Assembly: GCA_012295275.1 (NCBI GenBank)
Contig: CM022670.1
Location: 30,690,001 to 30,754,000 of the forward strand
Length of the DNA: 64,000 bases
Source of the DNA: Chrysomallon squamiferum
Lineage: Eukaryota; Animalia; Mollusca
Direction of reading: 5' to 3'
Part shown: positions 14,011 through 26,572 of the stretch, piece after piece
How positions within the stretch are numbered: position 1 is the first letter of the stretch
How the letters are laid out: each line of letters starts with the position of its first letter
The notes under the pieces: model-generated
The model's database searches: none
Told to the model about the DNA's origin: nothing
What the model saw: only the letters and a program-made list of their open reading frames with translations
Made by a program: the position numbers and the translations under genes

Positions 14011-17000
14011 TCTTTATATGCATATGTTTGTATTTTTATATGTTTTTAATGTACAAACTTTTACATACCTTATTATTTTAAATTACAAATTTTAATCCAT
14101 TACTAATCTTGTAATACTAATAATTAATACTAAATTAATCATATTAACACAACCATTATCTTCACGTATGTCATCGTGGGAATATGTTATTATCTGTTGT
14201 TGTGGTTATAGTTTTTGTTGTTGTTGTTGTTTTATTGCTGGCCTAATACATTCAAAATATAACAGTTCTGATTAATTTATCTCTATCGGACTGAGATAAC
14301 CAGACAGAAATATTCTGAACCAGATGACTATTTTTACCACATGTTAAAATTATCATGAATATTACACGTCCGCACACAGGCTAATTTTTCTGAAAGCATT
14401 ATCCTGTTGAAATTGCTGTTTCAGTGATATAACGTGCAATGTGCAGGGTGCCTATGTAGGTTATATAATTTAATTTGTTTCTGTTGAAAAATGTATAAAC
14501 AGAAATGATTTATATGAATCATGGAGAGAAGAGAATGTTCTGTACTTATTGAGTTTCTGTATGTTTCAGACAAAAGTTAAAGGATATTATCATTTCATAT
14601 TTTTTGGTGTTCTTATTGTTTATCTAATTAATCTTGTTATATTTTGGTATAGTTACTTATTTGATTAAAAACAAAAATTGCACATTAAATTGTTTATTTT
14701 GGTATCACATGACAATTTTATAATTTGGAAATAATTTGGAACTGATATGAAATACATTGTCATGTAGACAAAGAATTTTATTTATTTATTATTTGTTATT
14801 ATTTTTCTTTTTTTTCTTTTTTTTTTGTGGAACGGAAATATCTTTTTTGATAATTGTAGAAAAAAAATGATATCATATAACAATAAGGAAACTGAAAAGA
14901 GGATTGGTGGTACTTCCACTCGCTAGTTTGATGTCACAGAGATCTCTGGCTGTGGCATATTAAACAGAAGGGTGGGTTTCCTAAAACACCTACAAAGTAT
15001 GTCAGTGAGAATATTCAGAAATAACAAGCTCTTTGAACACTTTCTAATTTGACTTCTGATACCATAGATCACAATTTTGGACTGCATATATAGACAGAGT
15101 ACTTATCATATTACTGCAAATCGAGAATCTGCCATAAAAGAAATGAGAGATGAAAATAAGTATAACGCAAATTAATCAGCTGGCAGTGTTTATAACTTTT
15201 TCAAAAACATTATATATAAATTAGCTTTGCTACTGGAATAAATAGGTCGAAAGTAATAGTTTACGAACAAACCGTGTAAATAAAAAAATTCAAACTGATA
15301 TGAAATATACAATTTATACATTTTAGAAGTGTCCTTCTCGTCAAAGTTTATACGAGATGTCACAAGAATTATTGTCATAATGCAACCTTAATATTTAACG
15401 AAAGAAAGTAATAATCATTTCTGCAAGGAAAATGCAATGATAGAAAGAAACAGCCCATTCTTCTCTTAATATCCACAGAAAGTTTCTTGTCTCCTCCTTC
15501 ATTTCGTAGATATACACAACACTCAAGATTCTTCTTTCATACCAGCCTGTTCCTCTACGTTAAAACATTTAAACATTATCAACACCATCGTGGTCTGACA
15601 CTTTTGGCTTGACAAGTGTCTGCATATACTGACGGTAACCCAGTTGGCAATAAAACATTACGAAAATAACAGCATTTTTCGTACCTTGTTATCTCTGAGT
15701 ATGTTCCGTCCTGATTTCAGCCAAGCTGCCAGCATTGGGTGCTGTTGATTACGTTAATTGCCTTGGCTTCGTCTTGTTAAAAGAATATATAAACAAATGT
15801 TTTGATTTTAAGACTATTAAAAGATGAGTGTTTGAATGTTTATTGTTGCAAGTAACAGATCTGCCGAATTAATTTGTTTCTTGTCAGATGTCGGAAATAA
15901 TCCTCATGAATTAAAACAAATGTTCTTTCGTTGACTGCTTGAAGTTCCCAAATACTGTAGGATTCTATGAGTGAATGTATTATTTATGCACTCGTACAAA
16001 ATGTACCAGAACGAGCATAGAATGTAACTTACGTACATCGACATCCAAAAAGGAACTCATGCATACAGGAATGAATGCAGCTATTTACATAAATGTCAAC
16101 ATCCAAATTAGGTTATAATTAATACGTCTTTAATAATGAGAGTATTCTTGCAATAATCTATGGGTATGGCTAGAGTCTTTTTATTTCTTCTCAATGCTCA
16201 TGAAATATCTATTGCAAGATAAAATAAATAAATAAATAAATAAATAAACATATATATATATATTATTGATGATGATGATGATGATGAAGATTAGAAGGAA
16301 AATAAGAGTGGGAGTTATGAGAAGTTGTTATCCAAATACATAATACCATATTTATATTTCAGAATGAAGATGATAATAATTATGAATGATAATATCAGTA
16401 TTAATAAACTATTTCTTTATTTATTGATTCTCGACGATTTTTGAAATCAATTTATTACTGTAACCGTTTTTCTTATTAATATGAAACTAAATCTCAAGCA
16501 TGCACATATTTTGGAAACTGCCTTTCTAACAGAAATACGAAAAAAAAAAAAAAAAAAAAAAACCAGCAGCCAGATCGGTTCCAGCTACACACCACCCGAG
16601 TACATGATTACTTCTCTGAGTTGTGTGACCTGCTTATTTTCCGCGCTTCCAAACAGACCCCAACGTTTTCGTGACGTTCAGAAAAGAACTAATTGGTTTT
16701 ATATTTTAAATGGAAACGGCTTATCAAAAGAGTTTGATTCTTTCGGAAACCTGTCTGATTTGTAGATAACAGTCTAGTTATGGTATCCTGTTGTTAACCT
16801 TGGCTTCTGTGGTGTATTTTCTAAGATGACATTTTATACATGAACCTCTATGGCGCTGATATTCTGACCGTCTGGAATATCCCTGAGTAATCATTAACAT
16901 AACAATATATTTATTTGTTTGGCTACGGGAATATGTGTTTATTTCTTCCTTTTAGTTTCCCAGTCACATCCAGTTTATACTGAAATACACGACAGCATTT

Positions 17001-18667
17001 ACATTAAATCATAAAGCTATTAAATTATATTAGTAATGCATTTAATAAAGAAGCTGTTGGATTTGTTAGCAATATAATTAGTTTGCCAGGGTTTAGTAAC
17101 ACTTTAAACAAAGTTGATGAATAAATATTTATAAATTATTGTTTAAGATACAGTCATAATATATTTCTTTTAATAATTAAGCAAATTTCCTTCAAGTCTA
17201 TATAACATGGTAAATAAATTATTTTATAATTTTAAATGTCGATATTAGTTTTCGTCTGTCTTCACTAGTTAATAGAACTAACAAGGAGGAAGAAAGATAT
17301 AATAAATAAATTTACAAAACAGAAACAGCTTATAAAGAACTTTTTCATTCATCATAAAATTAAATATAATGTGAGGAAGACCATCTTAATATATAATTTT
17401 TAACCACTTTTTGTTGATGTTTGAATGCAAGATGAACCCGTATAAATCTTTTCTATATTTTGAGATAATGATACAAAACATGAATCTTAATTAACTGATG
17501 GGAACATAAAGTTTTCTTTTTCTCGAAAAAGGCTATCATGGAGCAAGTTTGGACATTAAATAGTGAGTCAAAAGATAAGAAAAGTTAATAAATTAAATGC
17601 AAATTTCACTGCTCTTTCACTAATTACTTTTCTCCAACCACAGACATATCACGCACTTATTAAACTGGCTTCTAAAATTTCCAAGCTGAACGTTCCTCAA
17701 AGCTAAATATGGAGTCAAGCTATGCTTATTACAAATTCGACATATTGTTTATACTGAAAAGTTAGTTTAAAATGTATTTTATAAAGAGTGAAGTTATAGT
17801 TTTGTCTTTCCATTAATATTTCATTGTCTCGGCTAACCTGTTTAAGTATTTAAATATATATATATATATATTAAATAAAATTAATTTCTGAAATTAAAAT
17901 GTTTTGTTGTTTAACTGTATTTGAAGAAAACATTTTGATAAAAATTATTTTGAACAAAATCGTCATTCTTGACTTCATCGTCATTTCTAAATGGTTATGT
18001 TTCTAATTCTTTTTTTTTTCTTAACTGTTCTTCTCCTCTCTCTTCACTCCTCTGTTATTGTTTTCTTTTTTCTTTTCTTCTTCTTCATTTTCTCTTGATA
18101 TCTTTTTTCTACTTCTTCTTATCATCGCCATCACTTTCATCGTCATTATTATTATTACTACTACTACTTTTACTACTACTGCTACCACCACTACTACTAC
18201 TACTATTATTATCATCATCCAAATCGTCATCATCATTCATTTAGTTTACGACTGTCTAAAGAGTACTAGAATAGTACAGAGGAACTGTTATTGCAAATAT
18301 CATAAATCCTCTGTCTAGACACTCTATGACAGTACTGTTTTAATCATTCACTGAAGCCATACACCAACTATAGCGATGTAAAATACCCAATCATTTCTGC
18401 TCTGTCGCTCACAAATAGATATTTAGTTTTTACTTTCCATATGTCTCAAGTATATATAGAATATGTAAACGGTAAATGTTATTTTTATTATTGTTCCCCA
18501 GGATAAATCGACATAATTACGAAGCTTAAACTTTCGTCGTAAACGATAAATTAAAAGTAGTTTTAAAATGAAAGACAAATAGATAATAGTTAAACAGATT
18601 CACATATAGAAAAACAAAGACAGAGGCGAAAAACACGCAGCTGGACGAGCAGATGGACAATAGAATG

Positions 18668-18710
<43 letters not shown>

Positions 18711-18766
18711 TGTGTGCGTGTGTGTGTGAGTGTGTGCGTGTGTGTGTGTGTGTTGAGTGTGTAAAT

Positions 18767-19274
18767 GGGTGAAGGAAAAAATTATCCGGAAAAAATAGCA
18801 CTGGAAACAATGGCACCTGGAAAAAATGGCACCTTATTTATTTTTTCTGTAAAAAAAACCTTCAAAGTACTTTTGAAAATACAAATTATTCATGTAATGT
18901 TATTACATACATGTATATTAATATATAGCATCACTCAGCCATTTGGTTTTGCTTAACAAAGTATAGTATTATATCAGAGTTTAATATTATACATATACAC
19001 ATATATATAGACACACATGCACACAAATATATATATACACACACACACATATCTTATGCTATGTTTGAATTGACAGAATGATATCATTCTTGTTCTTTTT
19101 ATATTCAGTAATGAACTGTTTTGTAAGCAGAATTTCACCTACTAACAATAACTAAATGTCAATAAGCAGTAAAAAATATTTTCAGGTGCCGTTTTCTAAA
19201 TATGCACAGTGCCATTTCTTCCAGGTGTCATTTTTTCCAGGTTAATTTTTCCGGTGCCATTTTGTCCGTACCCC
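18767..19274. mobile_element. MITE-like non-autonomous element with inverted subterminal repeat arrays
   Basis: Left end GGGT then repeated GGAAAAAATGGCAC-like units; right end carries the reverse-complement units and ends ACCCC. Confidence 0.75.
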
Positions 19275-21272
19275 ATATATATATATATATAAACAGAGCC
19301 AGAGAGAATGATAAAGACAGAGATACGGACAAAAAAAATGTAAAACACGAAAATAAAGGAATTTTGTGGAAACTGATAAAGGCATCTATATAGCGTGACT
19401 GATACGACGAACAAAGATGAATGTTCAGTTAACGTCATTTGGCATCTGTTATAAATATTTCTAAAACTTAACTTGAGATTGCTCAACTATCAAATCGTCT
19501 GATTGGCATGAAATCCAGGTTAAATGCAAACGTAATGTCCTGTCCACAGTTTGCCAAATATTGTAGCTAATTTTGGAACATTTGCAAGACATAATTTTAC
19601 AATTGTGATGAAGATACATAAGTAATAGTGTTAATATGAAAGTGAAAGAACGAATAAATTCTGAAATATTTGGCTGCAACGAAGACTATTTTAGAACCAC
19701 AGAAATGTAAATAATGAATAACAACAACATTTTCGAAAATGAAATTATCTTCATTCTTTTCTTGAATATTATATTATTAATAGAATCTATTAGTATAAAA
19801 TTTAAAGAATTTATGCATCTTAGTTTACGTTCATTTTCTCTAGAATGTCTAATCGTATAAAATATGCTTTGTTTCTGGAAGTCCAGAATAAAAAGTAATC
19901 TAAAATATACTTAAATGTGGTTTTCGTTTTCAGTATTTGCACTAAGACATAGAAGATATGATATATATGTTGCACGTTATATCAGTAAACGTAAAATTAT
20001 ATATCGTATACGTGCACAATCTATCCATCTATTAATTTTTTTTTTTTTTTTTTAATGTATTTTATTCTTATTTATAAAAGATAGATATTTATATTCTGAT
20101 TCAGGGTAAATTTATATGTTTGTGTTTCTTAAGCCACGATAACAAAATATCTAAATTATTACAAACTATTTGGCAAATGTGTATAAGATAAATAGTTACA
20201 TGGTTGCAGTTCATTAAGTTATATTTTTAGATTGCCATCTGCTAAAAAGTGATAAGTTATACTGAACCAAATTAGAGACAGGTAGCTCTAGATGAAATTT
20301 TTTCTTGTTTTTATTTATAATTAATTTGAAATATGAGTGTTTCTGTTATTAGTAGTTTTTATTTATTCATTCATTCATTCATTTAGTTTAATATGTATTT
20401 ATCTATATTTGTTTTTAATAGTAGCAATTTAAGTGTTGTAATGGTTCCAGTAATGGCAGTATTAGCAGCAACAGTAGCAGTAGCAGTTGCAGTAGTAGTA
20501 GTAGTAGAAGAAGAAGCAGAAGTGATGGTTATTATAGTAGTAAAAGTTATAATAGATTATTATCATTATGGTATCAGTTGTAGTAGTCTTGACAGTAGTA
20601 ATGGTACAGGAAACACCAACAGCAGAAGTATTAAATTAGAGGTACTAGCATAAATAGCAATACGACAGATAGGTACTGGTAAAAGCTGAAAAAGCAATAT
20701 TAATAAAATGTATGGATTACTGGTAGCCATATTTTAAGTAATAGAAATAGCACAAAACAGGAAATAGGAGTAGTTTTAGTAGTAGTAACAGTAATGAGAG
20801 ACGTCGTAGTTGTAATAGTTGTGGTAGCAACAGTAGTAAGAGTAGTAATAATAATAATAGTATTATAATAGTAGAGGCAACAGTAATAAATTATTTTACA
20901 CTAAACTATGGAAACAAAATCTGGTTTATGAGACCACTGAAAAAATGGCACATGCAGAACCTGACATTATCTAAATAGAGCGCGATTCACTTGCCAGATT
21001 TCTACAATAGTCTAAATTCCACGTCTTCATCAAACTGACAGCGTTCATTAGGCATGTCAGTATTCAGTGTCTCAGTTATTAGTTGTAGGAAATTTTGAAG
21101 ATTTCGACTGTTGGTGGTCCGCGATACTCTGAAAGTTACGTTTAAATTTCAAATATAATTGAAAGAATCATTTTGTCATTGCCAAACTGATTAGTTTTTC
21201 ATTTACTACAGCAGTGGCATAAAGTGTTATAATAATAATATTAACAACAACAACAACAACAACAACAATAAT

Positions 21273-21307
<35 letters not shown>

Positions 21308-21487
21308 TTATGATATTAATTATAAATTTTATATAATCTCGTTAGAAATTACACTTTATTTGTTGCTACTGTTGTTGTTTTTGTACTTTTCTGCATTTTG
21401 TAGGACTATTTATTAGTCATATAAGTATTAACGCAGTACCTTGTCAAAAATGTAAAAGTTACGAAGACATCTTTTTGATAGTTTTGT

Positions 21488-21542
<55 letters not shown>

Positions 21543-23275
21543 TTAAATAATAAAATCTTCAGTTCATTAATGCTGGGTTTGGGTTTTTTTTTTTTTTTTT
21601 TTTTTGTGAATTTGTAGATGGATAAGTATAAAATAACTTACCTTTTTTTCCCATTTCGAATTGGTCTGAATCGTATAAATCCATCCTTTGCCTTCTTAGC
21701 CAGCGAAGTAACCATATGAAGCTAGTCCAGGCATCTGAACACACCTCAAATAAGCTTCTACGCATTTCTACGTAAAGAAGCCAAGATATAGCAAATGAGG
21801 AAGTTAGTTTTTTAAATAAAACCATAGATGCTATTGGGTGCTTGAAGTCAGATTTATTCCGCTAGCGCTGGTTCAGGCACACACACATTATTTACCTTCT
21901 ATAAAGAGCATTTTTCTTCGTATCAAGGCCTAATCTTATCGGCTATTAATGACACGCAAAGAAAGCGTGTGGTTTTTAGGTATTTAGCGAAAATGTATAT
22001 AAATACACAAATATACATTCGTAAGATTGTTTAATTTACAAAAAGAGAAATTGTTTTTAATTATTATTATCACAGCAGTTTTTAAGAGAAGGATAATAGA
22101 TAGTAGACAGATTAGATATCTGTATATTTCTATGTATATTTATAATTTATAATAACTTATATATTTTCTATTATCTATATTTTACCGAGAAGATCTAGAA
22201 TATAAAACCAGGTATAAGGCAGAACTACTACAAATCATGAAATGCCATAAAGACTAACAAAGAGTTCTGTTCTGAATTTACTTAAATAATAACTTAACAA
22301 ATTTAATTAGACTTGAAGTCTTGCTACAAATGTTTAATTTACGTGTACTGATGCTCTGTTTTATTATTGAATACAGACAAAAAAGGCGTTATTAGTAACG
22401 TTAAAACGTCTAATTGAGTTCATGTTAAGAAGATATTAAGATTATTTTACATATTTTATTTATTTAATATTTTTATTACTTTTTATAGTTCAAATGAACA
22501 CTTTATAGTTGAAGTTTCCTAAAAAGTATGGTATTTGTTGTCTGTTTATGTTTAGTTTGTTTGTTTGTTGTTGTTTTTTGTTTGCTTTTTTGTTATTTCT
22601 AATTCAGCAAGAACAATGTTTGAAGATTTGACACGAGATAAATTCAGAATAATATATTTGTATCAAAGTTAATTTTAAAGTTTAGTCAAATTCATTATAC
22701 GAAATTAGTATTGATTTTATATTAAAAAAATTGCTGAAAATTTTGAAATATGTTACAGTTGTTATTTTCAATAAAAGAAAACCTTTTCAGTTTTCAGTTT
22801 TAAATTGGATTTAGAAGAAAAAAAAGACATTTTGTAAAATGCATTGAGATGAAAGAGTGCTCTTTAAATAATAATAATAATAAATGAAATATCTATTTAA
22901 AGATCGAAAGAGCACAGAAGTAGGCGATAGACATAACAGATAGTAACATAATAACACTAGAAATCGAAATAGCAAAATAATTATAGTGAAAATAGTAGTA
23001 TCAGTTGTAGTAAATGTAGTGGTATAAGTAATAGAAGTATTAGCAAACATGAAACAGATAGAAATATACATTAATCACTTTATCTGCATCATATAAAATT
23101 AAATTAAAATAACACAGAAGCCGTTTCTCAGTACATTTTTTATAACTTACTGTGGTGTTTTGTTGATTTTTTTTCTTCTGATATTAGTAAAGAGGAAGGA
23201 AAGAAAGTGGGAACGTAAACGAAAAAGAAAGGAAGTTAAATAAGAGTTAGCGACAAAATTCTGAAAAGAAAAGTC

Positions 23276-23332
<57 letters not shown>

Positions 23333-23388
23333 TTTATAAATAAAAACAATAAGAGGTAGAATAAATACAAGACATACATTAAACATAC

Positions 23389-23622
23389 CTCTAAGACGAC
23401 AGTTGTGTTTTCATGTGATAAACAACTTTTACTAAGATTAATATTAATTTCTGTCTTTTCTGTGAATACTTTGTTTGTCGATCCATTAAAGATATTGTTA
23501 AGACTTTTCAAGCGGCCTTCCTTTTCTCTATACATTTCCAACATTTTGCAGGAGGATCCGAATGCAATCCGGTCAGAAATTGGCATTACTTTCTTGTTAG
23601 ACGACAGTAAACTGATAAACAT
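23389..23622 (-). CDS. First coding exon homologous to TRPA1 exon 1 (putative alternative N-terminus of a minus-strand TRPA1 paralog)
   Basis: ATG, 78 open codons, GAG|GTATGT phase 0. REKEGRL and NINLSKSCLSHE align with REEGGRL and NISLSVFCLLQE of exon 35763-35999. Confidence 0.7.
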
Positions 23623-23662
23623 TTATATTTCATCGGTAATAGCCTGGATTTTTCACATCTGT

Positions 23663-23748
23663 CTTTTATATCAAGATCACAGGTGTTAGTTTTTGGGCCA
23701 GGCTGAGTTGCTTTTAGTTATTCAGCCGATTGGTGTTAGTCGGGCGTG
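23663..23748 (-). promoter_or_regulatory. Putative core promoter of the 23.4 kb exon (TATA, CCAAT, GC box)
   Basis: Minus-strand TATAAAAG at 23670-23663, CCAAT at 23733-23729 and GGGCGTG at 23742-23748, about 40-125 nt upstream of ATG 23622. Confidence 0.5.
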
Positions 23749-25879
23749 ACGGTCTATGTCAGACGTTTAAACCTTCGTCAGTGGATAGGTGAAAACCAGT
23801 TTTTCTTTCAAACGAACAGTTCGCGAATTTTTACGATCTGTTATTACCTGGGTGCTTATATCGACCACTTGATATCACAAACAGTATTTATCTGACATGG
23901 CTACATTGTTTTCTTATTATTATTAATTTTTTTTCAATTAGACGCATTATCTTTTATGAATTTTTTCCCATAAAGAACAAGAAACAAACAAAATAATAAT
24001 AATAAATACATAAATAAACAAAAAATAAATGGCCTTTAGAGGAAAACCGCTACATTATATATATATATATATAATTAGCAACAAATTACCTTTTTAGTAT
24101 ATCTTCCAGTAAATGCAAAGCAGATATAAAGATATTTAATAATTAGTGATAGGATAAAGGCCTGTAGTTCGTGCATACATATATACATACATACATACAT
24201 ACATACATACATAATAATAAAATGAAGTAACTAACAAAATAATAAAATAAATAATTTACAGATTTCCGTGTTTCAAACGTTAGAAGCTTTCATTAAAACT
24301 GAATTACTGGCTTAGATGAAGGGAACTAACTCCCTAATAAAGGTGTAGTACGAATTACATTTACTGCACCTTCAAGCTAACAGGCTGTAGATTGGTTTAG
24401 AATGTAATGAAAGACAACAGGAATCAATCAAAAATGTTAACGCTTTTGCGCCTGAGATATTAGTATTAAATATATCTTAGTAAATAAAGTCACTTTAAAT
24501 TTATTAAATTATAAATTCCGTTGTCATTTGGGAAGTGTTCCTTCATAAAATTAGCATAAACGAATGAAAGAATGATTAACGATTATTATGTGTAAAGAAT
24601 AGCACTGGGTTAAAAAATATAAAAAATCTAGTCAGGTTACGAACGTTCAGTTTACAAATAACCGTACATATTAAAGTGTTCTATAGATTAAAATGGTCAG
24701 AAGCTATCGGAGTCTTAATATTCCATAATTTTTTGTAGGTTGAAAAGTGCAAGTGGCATCGATGTATTTTCAGTAACAAGATAATGTACAAATTCACTAT
24801 TATTACATGTTTTCGTTGTTATTTAGATTAAACAAACAAACTTGAATATTTGAAATACGAATAAGATTAGTTTTCAGCTCTGAAAATTATGATTAGTTTT
24901 GTCTTCCGACTTTGGATTTGTTTTACATTGTTACTGTTTACCTACATCATGCTGAACTGTCTATAATGAACACATTTTACAACTATTTATGTTTCTTTTT
25001 CTCTCAAACACAGACACACATACACACACACTAATTCAATCATTTTCTTCATTCATTTTCTCACTCTCTGCTCTCTCTTGCACTTAAAACAAATATATAT
25101 GTTTTCTTTCTGTTTCTGTGACACACGCACACATATTTGCAAAGAATGCATACAGACACACATAAATAAACACACACGCAGATAAAACACCAACACATTT
25201 CGTTATAGAATATATTACATGTACTCTTACATACTGCTTTAATGCAATAATATTAAATTTGACGCCATTAACAAAAAAAATATTTTTATTAAAATAAAAG
25301 ACAATAAATAACCACAATCCGAACTTGCCTCTGATCACGTTCAATATCTATTCACTCAACTCATACGGTGTGTATTTTATTGCTAAATAACTCAAATACA
25401 TACACTTGTCATAGAAAAATTAATGAAACTTTATTCTTTGTCTGTCGTTCATGGATATTAGACTGCAGCTGTTTTCTGAATTCATATTATGCACAGCTAG
25501 ATGTTATCATTTCTTCACAGTCGTATTGTTTGTACGTGCGGAGTTAAAAATAAATGGCGCTTTTCATACGACAGTGTAAATTATTATTTTCTGAATAACA
25601 CGTTCTAATGCTTCTAAACAATAATAGTTGATGATTACGATAATATGCGAAATAGTAGATGCAAAAAGCTTTCATATCTTTCCGATTGAAAATGTAATTG
25701 TAGATGAACGTCTAAATGAACTAATTGTTATGGTTTTATGTTTCAGTGGATCTTATTTTCTTTACATTGTATCAATCAGTCTGTCACACTCTTTGTCGCT
25801 CTCTATCTGTCTATCTCATTCTTTCTCTCTCTCTCTCACTCATTCTGTCCCTTTTATTCTCTATCTATCTATCCTTAAC

Positions 25880-25942
<63 letters not shown>

Positions 25943-25986
25943 CAGAAACAGACAGAGAGAGAGAGAGAGAGAGAGAAATGTTATAG

Positions 25987-26021
<35 letters not shown>

Positions 26022-26540
26022 ATATGCTGGAAAATACCCGTTTCACAAACAAATTAGACCAGACCAGGGAAAACGATTTTATTTGTTAATTCTTTAGATA
26101 CGTATTTTAATAACTAATGATTAAACTGCGTTTACAAAACATTCCTTCCATGTCCTTCCCTCCATCACTAATGTCATTTCCTAAATTAACTTCAGGTGAA
26201 GAATACAGACTACACATCTCTATACCAACTGTCGTAACAGCTTTTCTCAGCTGTTCATTTTCGTTGTATTCCTCGGTGTTTTATCCTGCTCGGCAGAATG
26301 ATGTGCGTGGTAATTCAAATTTATAGCCGATTTACAAAACTGTGTTGTTTTCTTATCTTATGTACGCCTCATTTCTCAAACTAACTGCACATGTTTACTA
26401 TTGGACGTAATGAGATTCGGTTCTCCAAACAAACAGAACAAATCATCATATACATTAAATTTTAATTATTAGTTTTTCAGATATTAATCGGTTAAGGAAA
26501 AATCGTTGTTTCTTTTTTCCTTTCTTTTATATAAATTTGT

Positions 26541-26572
<32 letters not shown>

